Part shown: one piece after another, positions 26,458-38,537 of the stretch
How the letters are laid out: every line of letters begins with the position of its first letter
Position numbering within the stretch: position 1 is the first letter of the stretch
NCBI GenBank assembly: GCA_028717265.1
Contig: JAQUOE010000002.1
Location: 36,948 to 100,947, forward strand
Reading direction: 5' to 3'
DNA: 64,000 nt
From: Actinomycetota bacterium
Lineage (GTDB): Bacteria > Actinomycetota > Humimicrobiia > Humimicrobiales > Humimicrobiaceae
The notes under the pieces: model-generated
Databases searched by the model: none
What the model saw: the letters and a program-made list of their open reading frames with translations, nothing else
Told to the model about the DNA's origin: nothing
Program-made: the position numbers and the translations under genes

Positions 26458-27357
26458 TTACTTTAATTTCGGGTCAAACGCATCTCTTAATCCATCGCCA
26501 AGTAAGACAAAGCCTAAAACTGTTATTAAAATAGCCAGCCCGGGAAAAAACATCATCCATGGGGCTACATCAATATAAGACATAGAATCTGCAAGCATCT
26601 TGCCCCATGCAGGTGTAGGAGGTTGAACCCCTATCCCAAGAAAACTCAGTGCAGCTTCTACTATTATCGCGGTTCCGACATTCATTGTTGCATATACGAT
26701 TATCGGAGCAAATGAATTAGGAAAAATATGTTTCATTATAATTCTATTATTGCTTGCACCCATCGCTCTTGCCGCTTCTATATATTCCTTATTTTTAATT
26801 GTCAATATGGAACTCCTGAAAATTCTTGCAATAGAAGCCCATCCCAGAATCCCGATTGCAATAAATATGTTTACTATTCCCGGACCTAAAATAGTCATTA
26901 TCGCTATCGCCCCCAGGATATACGGAAATGCAAAGAAAATGTCAGCGACTCTCATGATCACTGCATCTGATAAACCACCAAAATAGCCTGAGAGAGCTCC
27001 AAAGAAAAGACCTATTACAACTGATATACCCACGGCAATAACTCCTACTTCTATGGAAACCCTGCTTCCGTAAATTACTCTGCTAAAGATATCCCTGCCC
27101 AGTAGATCTGTTCCAAAAAAATGTTTAATGCTTGGACCAAGCGAAGAATCTTCCTTTATTCTTTCAATTGGATTATAGGGAGAGATCAAAGAAGCAAATA
27201 TAGCTATCAATATTAGTAATATGACTATCAAGAGTCCCAGCATGGCAAGCTTATTCTTGCGCAGCCGTTTCCACGCATCTTTATAAAGAGATGTCCTTGA
27301 ATATTTTTTCCCGGTTTCTATTTCTTCTAATGCTTCTAATTCTTTTATAGTCGCCAT
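26458..27357 (-). CDS. oppC: Oligopeptide ABC transporter permease
   Basis: BPD-transporter (EAA loop) permease with N-terminal OppC-type segment; 299 aa. Confidence 0.85.
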   Translation of the reverse strand: MATIKELEALEEIETGKKYSRTSLYKDAWKRLRKNKLAMLGLLIVILLILIAIFASLISPYNPIERIKEDSSLGPSIKHFFGTDLLGRDIFSRVIYGSRVSIEVGVIAVGISVVIGLFFGALSGYFGGLSDAVIMRVADIFFAFPYILGAIAIMTILGPGIVNIFIAIGILGWASIARIFRSSILTIKNKEYIEAARAMGASNNRIIMKHIFPNSFAPIIVYATMNVGTAIIVEAALSFLGIGVQPPTPAWGKMLADSMSYIDVAPWMMFFPGLAILITVLGFVLLGDGLRDAFDPKLK

Positions 27358-28302
27358 TTAAATTTGTATTTCCTTTTTCTCATATCTGATTCTTGGATCC
27401 AGTAATGCATATACGATATCTACTATCAGATTCATAGCTACAAATATTATAACCAGAATTATAGTTCCGCCGATTACTACGGGTGCATCCCGCTGAAGGA
27501 TCGCCAGATAGATCGTTCTCCCGACACCGGGCCAGTTAAAGACTGTCTCGGTAAGAATGGCGCCGCCCATTAAGCTGCCCAGATCAACTCCTATCAATGT
27601 CACTACTGGAATCAAGGCATTTTTTAAAGCATGTTTGCCTATGACCATATTGTTTGAAAGTCCCTTCGCATATGCAGTCGTAATATAATCATTGGATAGT
27701 ACTTCAAGCATTGTGCTGCGTGTCATTCTGGCCACAAATGCAGTAGAAACCGAAGCCAGTGTTATTGCAGGTAATATATAATATCTTAAGCTTCCGTCCC
27801 CCATCCCGGACATAGGCAACCATCCGAGTTTTAAGCCAAAAGCAACCTGCAGCATCATACCAAGCCAGTATACGGGAACACAGACAGCAATAGTCGTTGA
27901 AATAGTGACCAGTATGTCCCAGAAACTAAATTTTTTGACTGCAGATACGATGCCTGCAAATATTCCAATAATAACCTCTATTATAATAGCAGCCAGCGCT
28001 AATTTTATTGAATTGGGATAATGATCGGCAAGAATGCTATTTACCGAACGCCTGTATCTGTATGAAGTTCCCAGATCTCCTTTTGCCAGTTGTTTTATAT
28101 ATCTCCAGTATTGAACATAAACAGGTTTATCGATGCCCATTTTTACCCTCAGATTCTGAAGCGCTTCAGGCGTAGCGCCTTTTTCAAGAATCAGCTTTGC
28201 AGGATCTTCGGGGATAATATACATTAAAGTAAACAGAATCAATGTAACCCCTATAATAACCGGGATTATCTGTAAAATTCTTCTTAATATAAAATAAAAC
28301 AT
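27358..28302 (-). CDS. oppB: Oligopeptide ABC transporter permease
   Basis: 314-aa BPD-transporter permease; its stop abuts the oppC start. Confidence 0.85.
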   Translation of the reverse strand: MFYFILRRILQIIPVIIGVTLILFTLMYIIPEDPAKLILEKGATPEALQNLRVKMGIDKPVYVQYWRYIKQLAKGDLGTSYRYRRSVNSILADHYPNSIKLALAAIIIEVIIGIFAGIVSAVKKFSFWDILVTISTTIAVCVPVYWLGMMLQVAFGLKLGWLPMSGMGDGSLRYYILPAITLASVSTAFVARMTRSTMLEVLSNDYITTAYAKGLSNNMVIGKHALKNALIPVVTLIGVDLGSLMGGAILTETVFNWPGVGRTIYLAILQRDAPVVIGGTIILVIIFVAMNLIVDIVYALLDPRIRYEKKEIQI

Positions 28303-28427
28303 GTTAAATAATTTTTTTTAAAATAACAATTTTCTTGCTAATATTATACAGCCTACATCCAAAAAAGATGTAGGCTGTATTTTTTAATTAAATCTCCAAA
28401 CCGTTACTTAAGTCTGCTTTCCCCTTT

Positions 28428-30041
28428 TTATTTTTCCAGCCATACCTTGCTTAAATCATAATTTTCCATATTATTCAGAAAAAATCCTTTGACATATGGT
28501 TGTGTTATTCTTCTTGTTCCGTACCAATATATATTTGCAAATGCTGCATCGTCAAGAATAAGTTTTTCAACTTCTCTGTATTTTGCAATCCTTTCATCTT
28601 CGTCAAGAGTACTTCTTGCTTCAAGGAGCAGAGCATCTACGGCAGGATTATTGTACTGGCCATAATTATCACTGGATCCAGAATAGAATAATGGGAACAG
28701 GAAATTATCCATTGTAGGATAATCTGCTATCCAGCCCAGCCTGTAAAATACTATTTCACCTGCCTGAGCTTTTTCAAGCATTGTTCCCCATTCATAACCG
28801 GTTATATTCACATTTATTCCTATTTCGTTTAGATCAGATTGAATTGCTTCCGCTACCTGTTCATGACCGGCGCCTGTATTGAATCCGAATTCCAGTGTAG
28901 GCAAACCTTCTCCATCCGGATAACCGGCATCAGCCAGTTTTTGTTTGGCTAATTCAACATTGTATACATAATCAGATGCATTTTCTTTAAATCCAGGAAT
29001 TCCGGGCGGAACAAAACCTGTGGCAGGTGTGGGTACCCCTTCACTTATTACATCGCAAATATTCTGTCTGTCTATTGCATAACTTATAGCCTCACGCAAT
29101 GCTTTATTATCCGCAAATGGTTCAGCATTTAAATTGAATCCATAATAATACAAACCCCAGAATGGTTTAATTATTGCATTGTCCTTAAGTTCCGGATCTT
29201 CCAGCGTAGTCTGGATTTTTCCAACAGGGATCTCGGTATACTCAAGATTACCGGCTTTAAATTCCAGAAATGCCGTATCTTCATCGGCTATTATGACGTA
29301 TCTGACAGATTCAAGTTTGGCTTTTTCACCCCAGTAGTCTTCATTTCTGACAAGATCTATATACTGGTCATGTTCCCATTTAACGAATTTAAATGGACCT
29401 ACACCATTGATATGTTCGGTATATTCGTCTCCCCACTCTTCTATGTCTTCTTTTGCTACAGGGTAGAATACATCATGACCTAAAGTGGTTAAAAAGTCCG
29501 CATAAGGTTCCTTTAAGGTCACTTCGAGGGTGTAATCGTCAAGAGCTTTTACACCTTCAAGAACAGTAGCCGTTCCAGCCTGGCATTCGTCATAACCCAG
29601 GATCGGAAGCAAATGATAGGCAAGATAAGAAGCTGTTTCCGCATTGGCTACTCTGGACCATGAATAAACAAAATCTTCAGCTACCAATTCTCTGCCGCTG
29701 TGAAATTTAACACCTTTCCTTAAATTAAAGGTATAAACAAGGCCATCATCGCTTATGTCCCAGCTTTCTGCTAATTCGGGTATTGGTTCATAGGTTTCCG
29801 GATCCCAATCAATCAAACCATCCCAGCACTGTCTTATCACCTGGATTCCTTCACTTTCATAAGCATTCGGAGGATCCAGAGATACCGGTTCAACAATATG
29901 TAACCTCATGATCTGCTCGCCAGTAGCCTCTGTTTTACACCCTGTAAACATTGCTCCTACAAATACAATAATAGTAAGTACTGCGATTATTCCTATTAAT
30001 TTTTTATAATTCCTCACTAAAGCCTCCTTTTCAAATTCCAT
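28428..30041 (-). CDS. oppA: Oligopeptide ABC transporter substrate-binding lipoprotein (family 5, canonical domain order)
   Basis: Signal sequence with lipobox (AMFTGC). Canonical family-5 order: N-terminal LAESWDISDDGLVYTFNLRKGVKFHSGRELVAEDFVYSWSR, then GVGPFKFVKWEHDQYIDLVRNEDYWG, then LREAISYAIDRQNI, then C-terminal region. Confidence 0.85.
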   Translation of the reverse strand: MEFEKEALVRNYKKLIGIIAVLTIIVFVGAMFTGCKTEATGEQIMRLHIVEPVSLDPPNAYESEGIQVIRQCWDGLIDWDPETYEPIPELAESWDISDDGLVYTFNLRKGVKFHSGRELVAEDFVYSWSRVANAETASYLAYHLLPILGYDECQAGTATVLEGVKALDDYTLEVTLKEPYADFLTTLGHDVFYPVAKEDIEEWGDEYTEHINGVGPFKFVKWEHDQYIDLVRNEDYWGEKAKLESVRYVIIADEDTAFLEFKAGNLEYTEIPVGKIQTTLEDPELKDNAIIKPFWGLYYYGFNLNAEPFADNKALREAISYAIDRQNICDVISEGVPTPATGFVPPGIPGFKENASDYVYNVELAKQKLADAGYPDGEGLPTLEFGFNTGAGHEQVAEAIQSDLNEIGINVNITGYEWGTMLEKAQAGEIVFYRLGWIADYPTMDNFLFPLFYSGSSDNYGQYNNPAVDALLLEARSTLDEDERIAKYREVEKLILDDAAFANIYWYGTRRITQPYVKGFFLNNMENYDLSKVWLEK

Positions 30042-30112
30042 AATTTACATGCAAGATTTTTTATTTTAAAACCTCCTTTCGTTTTAAATAATAATCTTAC
30101 AATTTCAATCGA

Positions 30113-30346
30113 TTATAATAAAATGAATAGAGTTATTGTGGTAATGGTAAAAACCACTCCAAGTATAATTGTTAGTCTATCAAGATTTTTTTCTACAATT
30201 CCTGCACCGTCGAAAGTTTCTACCATACCGGAGAACAAACCGGAAATTCCTCCTCCTCTTCCCGCATGCAACAGGATCAACAATACCAGTCCGACACTGG
30301 CAACTATATGAAACGCAAATAAAACATTTAGTAATACAGAACCCAT
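30113..30346 (-). CDS. secG: Preprotein translocase subunit SecG
   Basis: LLHAGRGGGISGLFSG signature between two transmembrane helices. Start moved to the ATG at 30346 (MGSVLLNVLF...), which has a GGAGG Shine-Dalgarno 10 nt upstream. The track's 21-aa N-terminal extension is unlikely. Confidence 0.8.
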   Translation of the reverse strand: MGSVLLNVLFAFHIVASVGLVLLILLHAGRGGGISGLFSGMVETFDGAGIVEKNLDRLTIILGVVFTITTITLFILL

Positions 30347-30474
30347 ATCTATAATTCCTCCGTGATCATTATTAAACCTAAAATTTGCTTCCGATAAATA
30401 TTTTATCAAAAAAATGACATATTAAAAATAAATATTTATATGTAGGATACATAGTCTTTGTTATAAAATCAAGT

Positions 30475-32031
30475 TCAATATGATAAAAGCGATACTCCGG
30501 TCATTTCCACGGGTTTTTCAATTTCTAATAGATCCAGAATCGTCGGTGCAATGTCGCTTAACTTAAAATTATCATCATAATCTTTAAATTTTATTTTCGA
30601 ATCGCAAATTACAAAAGGCACCATCGATAAAGAATGGGCCGTTATGATTTTATTATCGACAGGATTTATCATTTCTTCAGCATTACCATGATCAGCCGTA
30701 ATGAGTGCCAGTCCTTCATTTACAATTAATTCTTCTACTACTCTTCCCACACACCTATCTACCACCTCGACAGCTTTTACAGCAGCATCCAGATGCCCTG
30801 TATGTCCTACCATATCAGGATTAGCATAATTCAATATTATTACATCATATATTTTTGATTTGATTTTGTTTACAACAGTATCAGTTACTTCGAATGCACT
30901 CATTTCGGGTTTTAGGTCATATGTCGCAATTTTTGGAGAAGGAATCAATATCCTGTCTTCTCCTTTAAAAGGTTTTTCCATGCCGCCATTGAAGAAGAAT
31001 GTGACATGGGCGTACTTCTCCGTTTCGGCAATTCTTAATTGTTTCAGATTATTTTTTGATATAACCTCTCCAAGAGTATTTTTAATTTCCTGGGGAGGAA
31101 AAGCTACGGGAGCATTAAATGATCTGTCATATTGAGTCATACATACAAAATATACTTCAGGCGGATTCGGGCCTCTATAGAATTCCTTAAAATTATCAAA
31201 AATAAATGCCCTGGTCAGCTGTCTTGCCCTATCCGGTCTGAAATTAAAAAATATTACTGAATCTTTCGATTTGATTGCGGCCTTTCTATCATCCTTACAG
31301 TCCACAATTGAAGGGACAACAAATTCATCATCTATATTATCGTTATAGGATGCTTCGACAACTCCGGCAGCCGTTTCAAACTTCTTTCCTTTTCTGTATA
31401 CCAGCATATTATAACTTTTTTCGACTCTATCCCATCTATTATCTCTGTCCATACTGTAATATCTTCCGCTTACAGTGGCAATTTGTCCGGCGCCCTTCTT
31501 TTTTAAATAATCATCCACTTCATTCAGAAACGGTATTGCACTTCTCGGGGGAACATCCCTGCCGTCAAGAAAAGCATGTATAAATAAATCTTTTATTCCA
31601 TGACCGACTGCCAGGTCGATTAAAGCTTCCAGATGTCTGATGTGACTATGTACCCCGCCATCTGAAACAAGTCCCATAAAATGAAGACTATTGCCATTTC
31701 TTTTTACGTTATTGATTGCATTTATTAATACTTTATTTCTGAAAAAATCTCCATCTTTGATTTCTTTATTTATTCTGGTAAATTCCTGATATACGACTCT
31801 ACCGGCTCCTATATTTAAATGACCTACCTCCGAATTGCCCATCTGACCTTCCGGTAGTCCCACAGATTCACCTGAAGCGTTTAATCTGGTGTTTGGGTAA
31901 ATTCTGTAGTAGTTATTCATATTAGGAGTTTTTGCAAGACTGATTGCATTGCCTTTATTCCGGCCGGATAAGCCCCAGCCATCAAGTATCATTAAACAGA
32001 TTGGTTTTTTAACTTCGGTTTTATAAGTCAC
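30475..32031 (-). CDS. gpmI: 2,3-bisphosphoglycerate-independent phosphoglycerate mutase
   Basis: 518 aa, iPGM family (LMILDGWG...; metalloenzyme domain; TADHGN). Confidence 0.95.
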   Translation of the reverse strand: MTYKTEVKKPICLMILDGWGLSGRNKGNAISLAKTPNMNNYYRIYPNTRLNASGESVGLPEGQMGNSEVGHLNIGAGRVVYQEFTRINKEIKDGDFFRNKVLINAINNVKRNGNSLHFMGLVSDGGVHSHIRHLEALIDLAVGHGIKDLFIHAFLDGRDVPPRSAIPFLNEVDDYLKKKGAGQIATVSGRYYSMDRDNRWDRVEKSYNMLVYRKGKKFETAAGVVEASYNDNIDDEFVVPSIVDCKDDRKAAIKSKDSVIFFNFRPDRARQLTRAFIFDNFKEFYRGPNPPEVYFVCMTQYDRSFNAPVAFPPQEIKNTLGEVISKNNLKQLRIAETEKYAHVTFFFNGGMEKPFKGEDRILIPSPKIATYDLKPEMSAFEVTDTVVNKIKSKIYDVIILNYANPDMVGHTGHLDAAVKAVEVVDRCVGRVVEELIVNEGLALITADHGNAEEMINPVDNKIITAHSLSMVPFVICDSKIKFKDYDDNFKLSDIAPTILDLLEIEKPVEMTGVSLLSY

Positions 32032-32801
32032 TGGCTACCCTGGTAATTAATTATATCCATAAAATCATCTACTTCCAGGCTTGCACCACCTACAAGGGCA
32101 CCATCTATGTCTGACATCTTCATCAATTCGGAAATATTTGAGGGTTTTACACTTCCGCCATATTGGATTATTGTAGTTTCGGAAATCTTTTTACCATATA
32201 ATTCACCAATTTTTTTTCTTATAGCGGCGCACATATCATTGGCATCCCCGGAAGTTGCAGTTTTACCGGTACCAATAGCCCATATGGGCTCATACGCTAC
32301 AGTTAAATCAACCATACTTTCTTCATCTATACCATCCAGACATTCTTCTATTTGACTCAGAACAAATTGCCCGGCCTTACCGCTTTCTCTTATTTCCAAT
32401 GATTCACCAACACACATAATTGGTTTTAAATCTGCATTGAAGGCTGCCTTTGTTTTTTTATTGATGTCTGAATTAGTCTCTCCGAAATACTGTCTTCTTT
32501 CACTATGACCGATTATCACATATTCTACACCAAGAGCTTTAAGCATTACCGGTGATATTTCACCCGTGAATGCACCACTTGTCTCATAATACATATTTTG
32601 CGCACCAAGTTTGATATCAAGGTTATCGCTATCAATTATAGTTTTTACACTTTTTAAAGCTGTTGCGGGTGGACATACCGCTACTTCACAATTATTTTTA
32701 TTATTATATTTATCCCCGAGGTCCTGTATAAAATTTGCAGCCTGCAAATGTGTCATATTCATTTTCCAGTTTCCAGCTATAAAGGGCCTTCTCATTTTCA
32801 T
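32028..32801 (-). CDS. tpiA: Triose-phosphate isomerase
   Basis: AGNWKMN, IIGHSERR, VAYEPIWAIGTGKTA. A 4-nt overlap with gpmI indicates translational coupling. Confidence 0.95.
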   Translation of the reverse strand: MKMRRPFIAGNWKMNMTHLQAANFIQDLGDKYNNKNNCEVAVCPPATALKSVKTIIDSDNLDIKLGAQNMYYETSGAFTGEISPVMLKALGVEYVIIGHSERRQYFGETNSDINKKTKAAFNADLKPIMCVGESLEIRESGKAGQFVLSQIEECLDGIDEESMVDLTVAYEPIWAIGTGKTATSGDANDMCAAIRKKIGELYGKKISETTIIQYGGSVKPSNISELMKMSDIDGALVGGASLEVDDFMDIINYQGSQ

Positions 32802-32834
32802 AGTTCCTTTCGAGATTTTTTATATTATCTACGA

Positions 32835-34037
32835 TTATTTATCTAAAAGCGATGATACACCTGGTAATTCTTTACCTTCCAGCAGTTCCATAGCAGCTCC
32901 GCCGCCGCTGGAGACATGAGTAAATTTTGATGATAAACCATATTTTTTCAATGCTGCCAGTGTGTCTCCTCCTCCTGCGACCGTAACTGCCTGGCTGCCG
33001 GCGATTGCATTCGCGATATTTTTGGTTCCCTTTTCAAAATTGGACCATTCGAAAACACCTACCGGACCATTCCAGAAGATGGTTCGTGCAGCGGTGATTT
33101 CTTTTTTAAACAATTCTATACTTTTATCCCCGATATCCATCCCCATCCAGTCTGCAGGTATTGATTGTATCGATACGAGTTTTTTCTCTGCATTGCCATC
33201 GAATTCTTTTGCAATCACAATATCTACAGGCAGTATTAAGTTAACATTATTTTTTTTAGCCAGGTCCAGCATTTCTCTTGCAAAATCAATCTGGTCATCC
33301 TCGCAAATCGATTTCCCTATTTCATAACCTTTGGCTTTCAAGAAAGTGTAAGTCATTCCACCACCCAATATCAGGCTGTCCACCTTGCTGAGAAGATTCC
33401 TTATAACCTGTATTTTATCCGAAACTTTACTACCACCCAGAATAGTAAGAAAAGGTCTTTGCGGCGATTCCAGAAGAGATGTCAGAACTTCAATTTCTTT
33501 CTTCATTAAAAATCCTGCTACTGCCGGAAGATATTTTGTCACTCCGGCAACAGATGCGTGCGCCCTGTGGGCAGCGCCAAAAGCATCGTCGACATATATA
33601 TCAGCCAGTGATGCAAGAGATTTTGAGAATTCGTCGTCATTGGCTTTTTCTCCGGGATCAAATCTCAGGTTTTCAAGCATTATAATTTCACCATATTTCA
33701 TTTCATTATCTATATATTCTTTGATTTCAGGTGAAAAAATGCTGTCAAATTTCTTGATTTTTTTACCGGTCAGTTCACCGAGTCTTTTCGCTGCAGGATC
33801 CAGTTTAAATTTAGTCTCTGCTACTCCTTTAGGCCGCCCCAGATGTGACATCAATATTATCCTGGCGTTTTTTTTGATAAGATAATTTATGGTCGGTAAC
33901 GATAATCTTATTCTGGTATCATCTACTACGTTCAGATCGTTATCCAGGGGAACGTTATAATCTACCCTGACTAAAACCCTTTTGTTCACAACATCGATAT
34001 CTTCAATTGTTTTTTTATTAAACATTTTTATCACCAA
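32835..34037 (-). CDS. pgk: Phosphoglycerate kinase
   Basis: RVDYNVP, the ILMSHLGRP-type motif, and GGGDT-like motifs (VAGGGDT); 400 aa. Confidence 0.95.
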   Translation of the reverse strand: MVIKMFNKKTIEDIDVVNKRVLVRVDYNVPLDNDLNVVDDTRIRLSLPTINYLIKKNARIILMSHLGRPKGVAETKFKLDPAAKRLGELTGKKIKKFDSIFSPEIKEYIDNEMKYGEIIMLENLRFDPGEKANDDEFSKSLASLADIYVDDAFGAAHRAHASVAGVTKYLPAVAGFLMKKEIEVLTSLLESPQRPFLTILGGSKVSDKIQVIRNLLSKVDSLILGGGMTYTFLKAKGYEIGKSICEDDQIDFAREMLDLAKKNNVNLILPVDIVIAKEFDGNAEKKLVSIQSIPADWMGMDIGDKSIELFKKEITAARTIFWNGPVGVFEWSNFEKGTKNIANAIAGSQAVTVAGGGDTLAALKKYGLSSKFTHVSSGGGAAMELLEGKELPGVSSLLDK

Positions 34038-34107
34038 AATTTAACTTTATAAATAACCGGGATTTAATTGACCCCGGTTATTTATTGTTTATATTTATTT
34101 TTTTTAC

Positions 34108-35160
<1,053 letters not shown>

Positions 35161-35308
35161 TTATTCATATAAATCCATAAAAATATAAGAATATTTTTAA
35201 TTTCGATATGAACCGTGTAATTTTAACAAATTTGATAAAATCAATAAAGTGCAATTTGCAAAAAATATCCCTTTCCATAATAAAAATATATCTTTCCGGG
35301 TAATATAA

Positions 35309-36205
35309 TCAAGTTTTGGAAATATCTCTATGAAATAATTTTATGGAGTAGCCTTTAAGCCTTAAATATTCAAATATCTTATCGGAGATCACAACCGAAC
35401 GATGTTTACCGCCGGTACAGCCGATACCTATCCCAAGATAGCTCTTTCCCTCTGCGATATAATTGGGTATTAAAAAATCAAGCATCTTTTCAAATAAGGT
35501 CAGGAACTCTTTTGTTTCTTCACGGCATAAAACATAATCGATTACTTTTTTATTCTTCCCATCAAGGTCCTTTAGTTCCTCGTTATAAAATGGATTGGGT
35601 AAAAACCTGACATCCATCACCACATCCACGCTATCAGGTAAACCAAACCTGTATCCGAATGAAGTGACGGATATTTGTAAAAGTTTACTTTTCTCTATAT
35701 CGCTCATCATTCGATCCGTTATTGAAATACGGAGTTCTTTTGAATTCGAAAGTGTGGTGTCAATCACTACATCCGCTATTTCTCTGAGTCTTCTCATCTT
35801 TTCTATCTCTTTTTCGATTCCCTCCCCGAGATTACCGTCCTCGACAAGCGGGTGCTTCCTTCTTGTCAGGGAATATCTTTTTACAATGGCGCTCTTTGAA
35901 GCTTCCAAAAACAAGATTTTATAATCTACCTTCATTTCTTTAAGCTTATCGAGTATCCTGTATATCTCATCAAAAAAATATCCGCTTCTCAAATCTATGG
36001 CAAATGCCATATTATTTATATCTCTGTTCTCCGTTGAAAAGTAATCGATGATATTAAGTAAAAGATATGCAGGTAAATTGTCTATGCAATAATAACCTGC
36101 ATCCTCAAAATGTTTAAGGGCTTCCGTCTTTCCGGCACCGGATAATCCTGTAATTATTACTATTTTCATTTTGTTATTTTTTTTATCTTTTATTCTGGCA
36201 ATCAT
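35309..36205 (-). CDS. rapZ: RNase adapter protein RapZ (YvcJ family P-loop NTPase)
   Basis: IITGLSGAGKTEALKHFEDAGYYCIDNLP, a canonical RapZ N-terminus; 298 aa. Confidence 0.85.
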   Translation of the reverse strand: MIARIKDKKNNKMKIVIITGLSGAGKTEALKHFEDAGYYCIDNLPAYLLLNIIDYFSTENRDINNMAFAIDLRSGYFFDEIYRILDKLKEMKVDYKILFLEASKSAIVKRYSLTRRKHPLVEDGNLGEGIEKEIEKMRRLREIADVVIDTTLSNSKELRISITDRMMSDIEKSKLLQISVTSFGYRFGLPDSVDVVMDVRFLPNPFYNEELKDLDGKNKKVIDYVLCREETKEFLTLFEKMLDFLIPNYIAEGKSYLGIGIGCTGGKHRSVVISDKIFEYLRLKGYSIKLFHRDISKT

Positions 36206-36250
36206 ATTTCTTTTATTTTAAAAACAGTACGATACTTAATATACATTATT

Positions 36251-36646
36251 TTAATCTTTTTTGTTCCTTTTTTCCCTAAAGAAAATAATTTTAGATATTA
36301 CTATACTTAAAATACTTATTACCAGTGAGCTCCATACATATCCCCAGAATCCTTTTATTTCCAATTCCTTTATGATCGTATCCACGATCCATAGCATACC
36401 TGCATTTATAATTATATTGAACAGTCCCAGTGTCAAAATATTAATAGGCAGAGATAAGATTTTAACGATAGGTTTGACAACAAGATTAAACAATCCCAGA
36501 AGCAATCCTGCAAGAAAAGCGACTTTTAATCTGTCCCATGCAGTATCACCCATCAGATTTATAAAAGGAGTCAGGAAATATGAAGCGACTGTAATAGAAA
36601 AAGTAAGTATCACCCAGTCGAGGATCCATTTTAACAAATAAACCAC
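36251..36646 (-). CDS. Phage holin family / DUF360 membrane protein
   Basis: 131 aa with four hydrophobic helices, YvlD/DUF360-like (LLGLFNLVVKPIVKILSLPINILTLGLFNIIINAGMLWIV). Confidence 0.55.
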   Translation of the reverse strand: MVYLLKWILDWVILTFSITVASYFLTPFINLMGDTAWDRLKVAFLAGLLLGLFNLVVKPIVKILSLPINILTLGLFNIIINAGMLWIVDTIIKELEIKGFWGYVWSSLVISILSIVISKIIFFREKRNKKD

Positions 36647-36653
36647 CTACCTT

Positions 36654-38537
36654 TTACCGGTTAATACTTTTATATATTTTATTTGCATCCCGATAATTTA
36701 ATCCTTTTATTTTCATTAAATCCTTTATTGTTTTATTTTTCAAATCTTTTATCGAGTTTACACTTTCATAGATATACCTCTTCTTTTTTTCCCCGATGCC
36801 CTTTATTCCATCCAGTACGGAGCCGGTCATATCCTTATCACGCAGCCTCCTGTGAAAATTTACGGCAAACCGGTGCGCTTCATCTCTGGCTCTAATAAGA
36901 ATCCTTGCATATCTATCATGCAAATCAAGTTTTAATCCATCCGGGTATTTATCACAGAATACTACTTCCTCTTTCTTTGCAATACTGATGATATCGATGC
37001 TATCCATATTTTTTTCGGATAATAGTCTCTTTATCGTATTATACTGTGCTTTCCCTCCATCGATTATTATCAAATCGGGTTTTATATAAAAGTTTTCTCT
37101 TTTTTTTATTTCTCTGTTCTCGAGATATTTAAGTCTCCTTGCAACTACTTCATTTATCATTCTACAATCATCCTGACCCCTTACATATTTTATCTTATAA
37201 TGCCTGTAATCATCAGTCAGCATTATACCGTCAAGAGAAACGGACATTGAGCCGACAGGGAAAGAATTTTTTAGATTTGAAATATCAAAACATTCTATTC
37301 TTGCCGGAATATTTACCAATCCAAAAACCTCTTTCAATTTTATCGCATCCTTATAAAAATTACTGAGTCCTGTATCCTTTTCAAACTTTTTTTTCTCGAG
37401 ATATAATTTTGAATTTCTGATCACCATTTCCATTATCTTTTTCTTTTCACCTATTTTAGGAATTATTATTTTGATTTTTTTACTTTTCTTCTTGCTCGAC
37501 CAATCCGATATCGATATATTAGCTGCCGTATCCACGGGGCAAAAAATTTTCGACGGGATATCATCTATATTCGTATAATATTTTTCCATAAATCCAGATA
37601 AAATCTCGTTGTCTTCCAGATGCCCGGTATTATTTACAATAAAATTATTGATAATCGCAAGTATTCCGGATCTGTATGTAAATAAACTTATCGCTGAATC
37701 ATCAACACCCCTGGCAATAGATATGAAATCCCACTTGCTTCCACCGGGGAAGAATATTTTTTGTTCTCTGTAGAGTTTATTTATATCTTCTATCTTATTC
37801 TTAATTTCAGCCGCTTTTTCAAATTCTTTTTTCTTTGCATAATGATTCATTTTTACTTTTAATTGGGAGATTATATTCCTGTCCTTGCCTTTCAGAAATA
37901 AAATAACGTAACCGATATTTTTTCTGTACTTCTCCGGAGATATATGATCTATACATGGTGCCGGACATAGTTTGATATGATAATTAAGGCAGGGCGTATT
38001 TGCATCCTTCCCCGGTCTTGTTTTTTTACAGTCCCTTACCTGAAATATTTTTCTTAAATATTCAAGAGTTTTCCTTACAGCTCCGGCATCCGTATAGGGC
38101 CCGAAATACCTGGCATCTTTTATGTTCCTGTCTCTGGTCAAAAAAACACGTGGATATTTTTCTCCTACTGTCACAGCAACAAGAGGATATGATTTATCAT
38201 CCTTCAATTCTATATTGTATCTTGGTTTATTTTTTTTAATCAGGCTACCCTCCAGAATAAGGGCCTCTGTTTCATTATCAGTGACAATATAATCGATAGA
38301 TTTTATTTTTTTAGCAAAATCCGATGGTTTGGCGTTAGGAAGGTTAATGCTGTTATCATGAAAATAACTTTTTACCCTGCTGGAAAGATTCTTTGCCTTA
38401 CCGATGTAAATAATTTCATCATGATAATTTTTAAAAATATATACTCCGGTTTTACGGGGAAGGATCTTCAGAAGTTCCCTTATTTTGCTTTCCCGGTCAT
38501 TAGCGTCTATTATTTTTTTATTCATTGTAGATTTCAC
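36654..38537 (-). CDS. uvrC: Excinuclease ABC subunit C
   Basis: N-terminal GIY-YIG (GVYIFKN...IYIGKAKNL), UvrBC-interaction region, RNase-H-like endonuclease domain, and C-terminal HhH. Overlaps the uvrA stop by 4 nt. Confidence 0.95.
   Translation of the reverse strand: MKSTMNKKIIDANDRESKIRELLKILPRKTGVYIFKNYHDEIIYIGKAKNLSSRVKSYFHDNSINLPNAKPSDFAKKIKSIDYIVTDNETEALILEGSLIKKNKPRYNIELKDDKSYPLVAVTVGEKYPRVFLTRDRNIKDARYFGPYTDAGAVRKTLEYLRKIFQVRDCKKTRPGKDANTPCLNYHIKLCPAPCIDHISPEKYRKNIGYVILFLKGKDRNIISQLKVKMNHYAKKKEFEKAAEIKNKIEDINKLYREQKIFFPGGSKWDFISIARGVDDSAISLFTYRSGILAIINNFIVNNTGHLEDNEILSGFMEKYYTNIDDIPSKIFCPVDTAANISISDWSSKKKSKKIKIIIPKIGEKKKIMEMVIRNSKLYLEKKKFEKDTGLSNFYKDAIKLKEVFGLVNIPARIECFDISNLKNSFPVGSMSVSLDGIMLTDDYRHYKIKYVRGQDDCRMINEVVARRLKYLENREIKKRENFYIKPDLIIIDGGKAQYNTIKRLLSEKNMDSIDIISIAKKEEVVFCDKYPDGLKLDLHDRYARILIRARDEAHRFAVNFHRRLRDKDMTGSVLDGIKGIGEKKKRYIYESVNSIKDLKNKTIKDLMKIKGLNYRDANKIYKSINR

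Noticed and set aside
30347-30409. 21-codon N-terminal extension of secG in the ORF track
   Set aside because: SecG proteins begin directly with the first transmembrane helix. The internal ATG at 30346 has a GGAGG Shine-Dalgarno at 10-nt spacing, whereas the extension has none.
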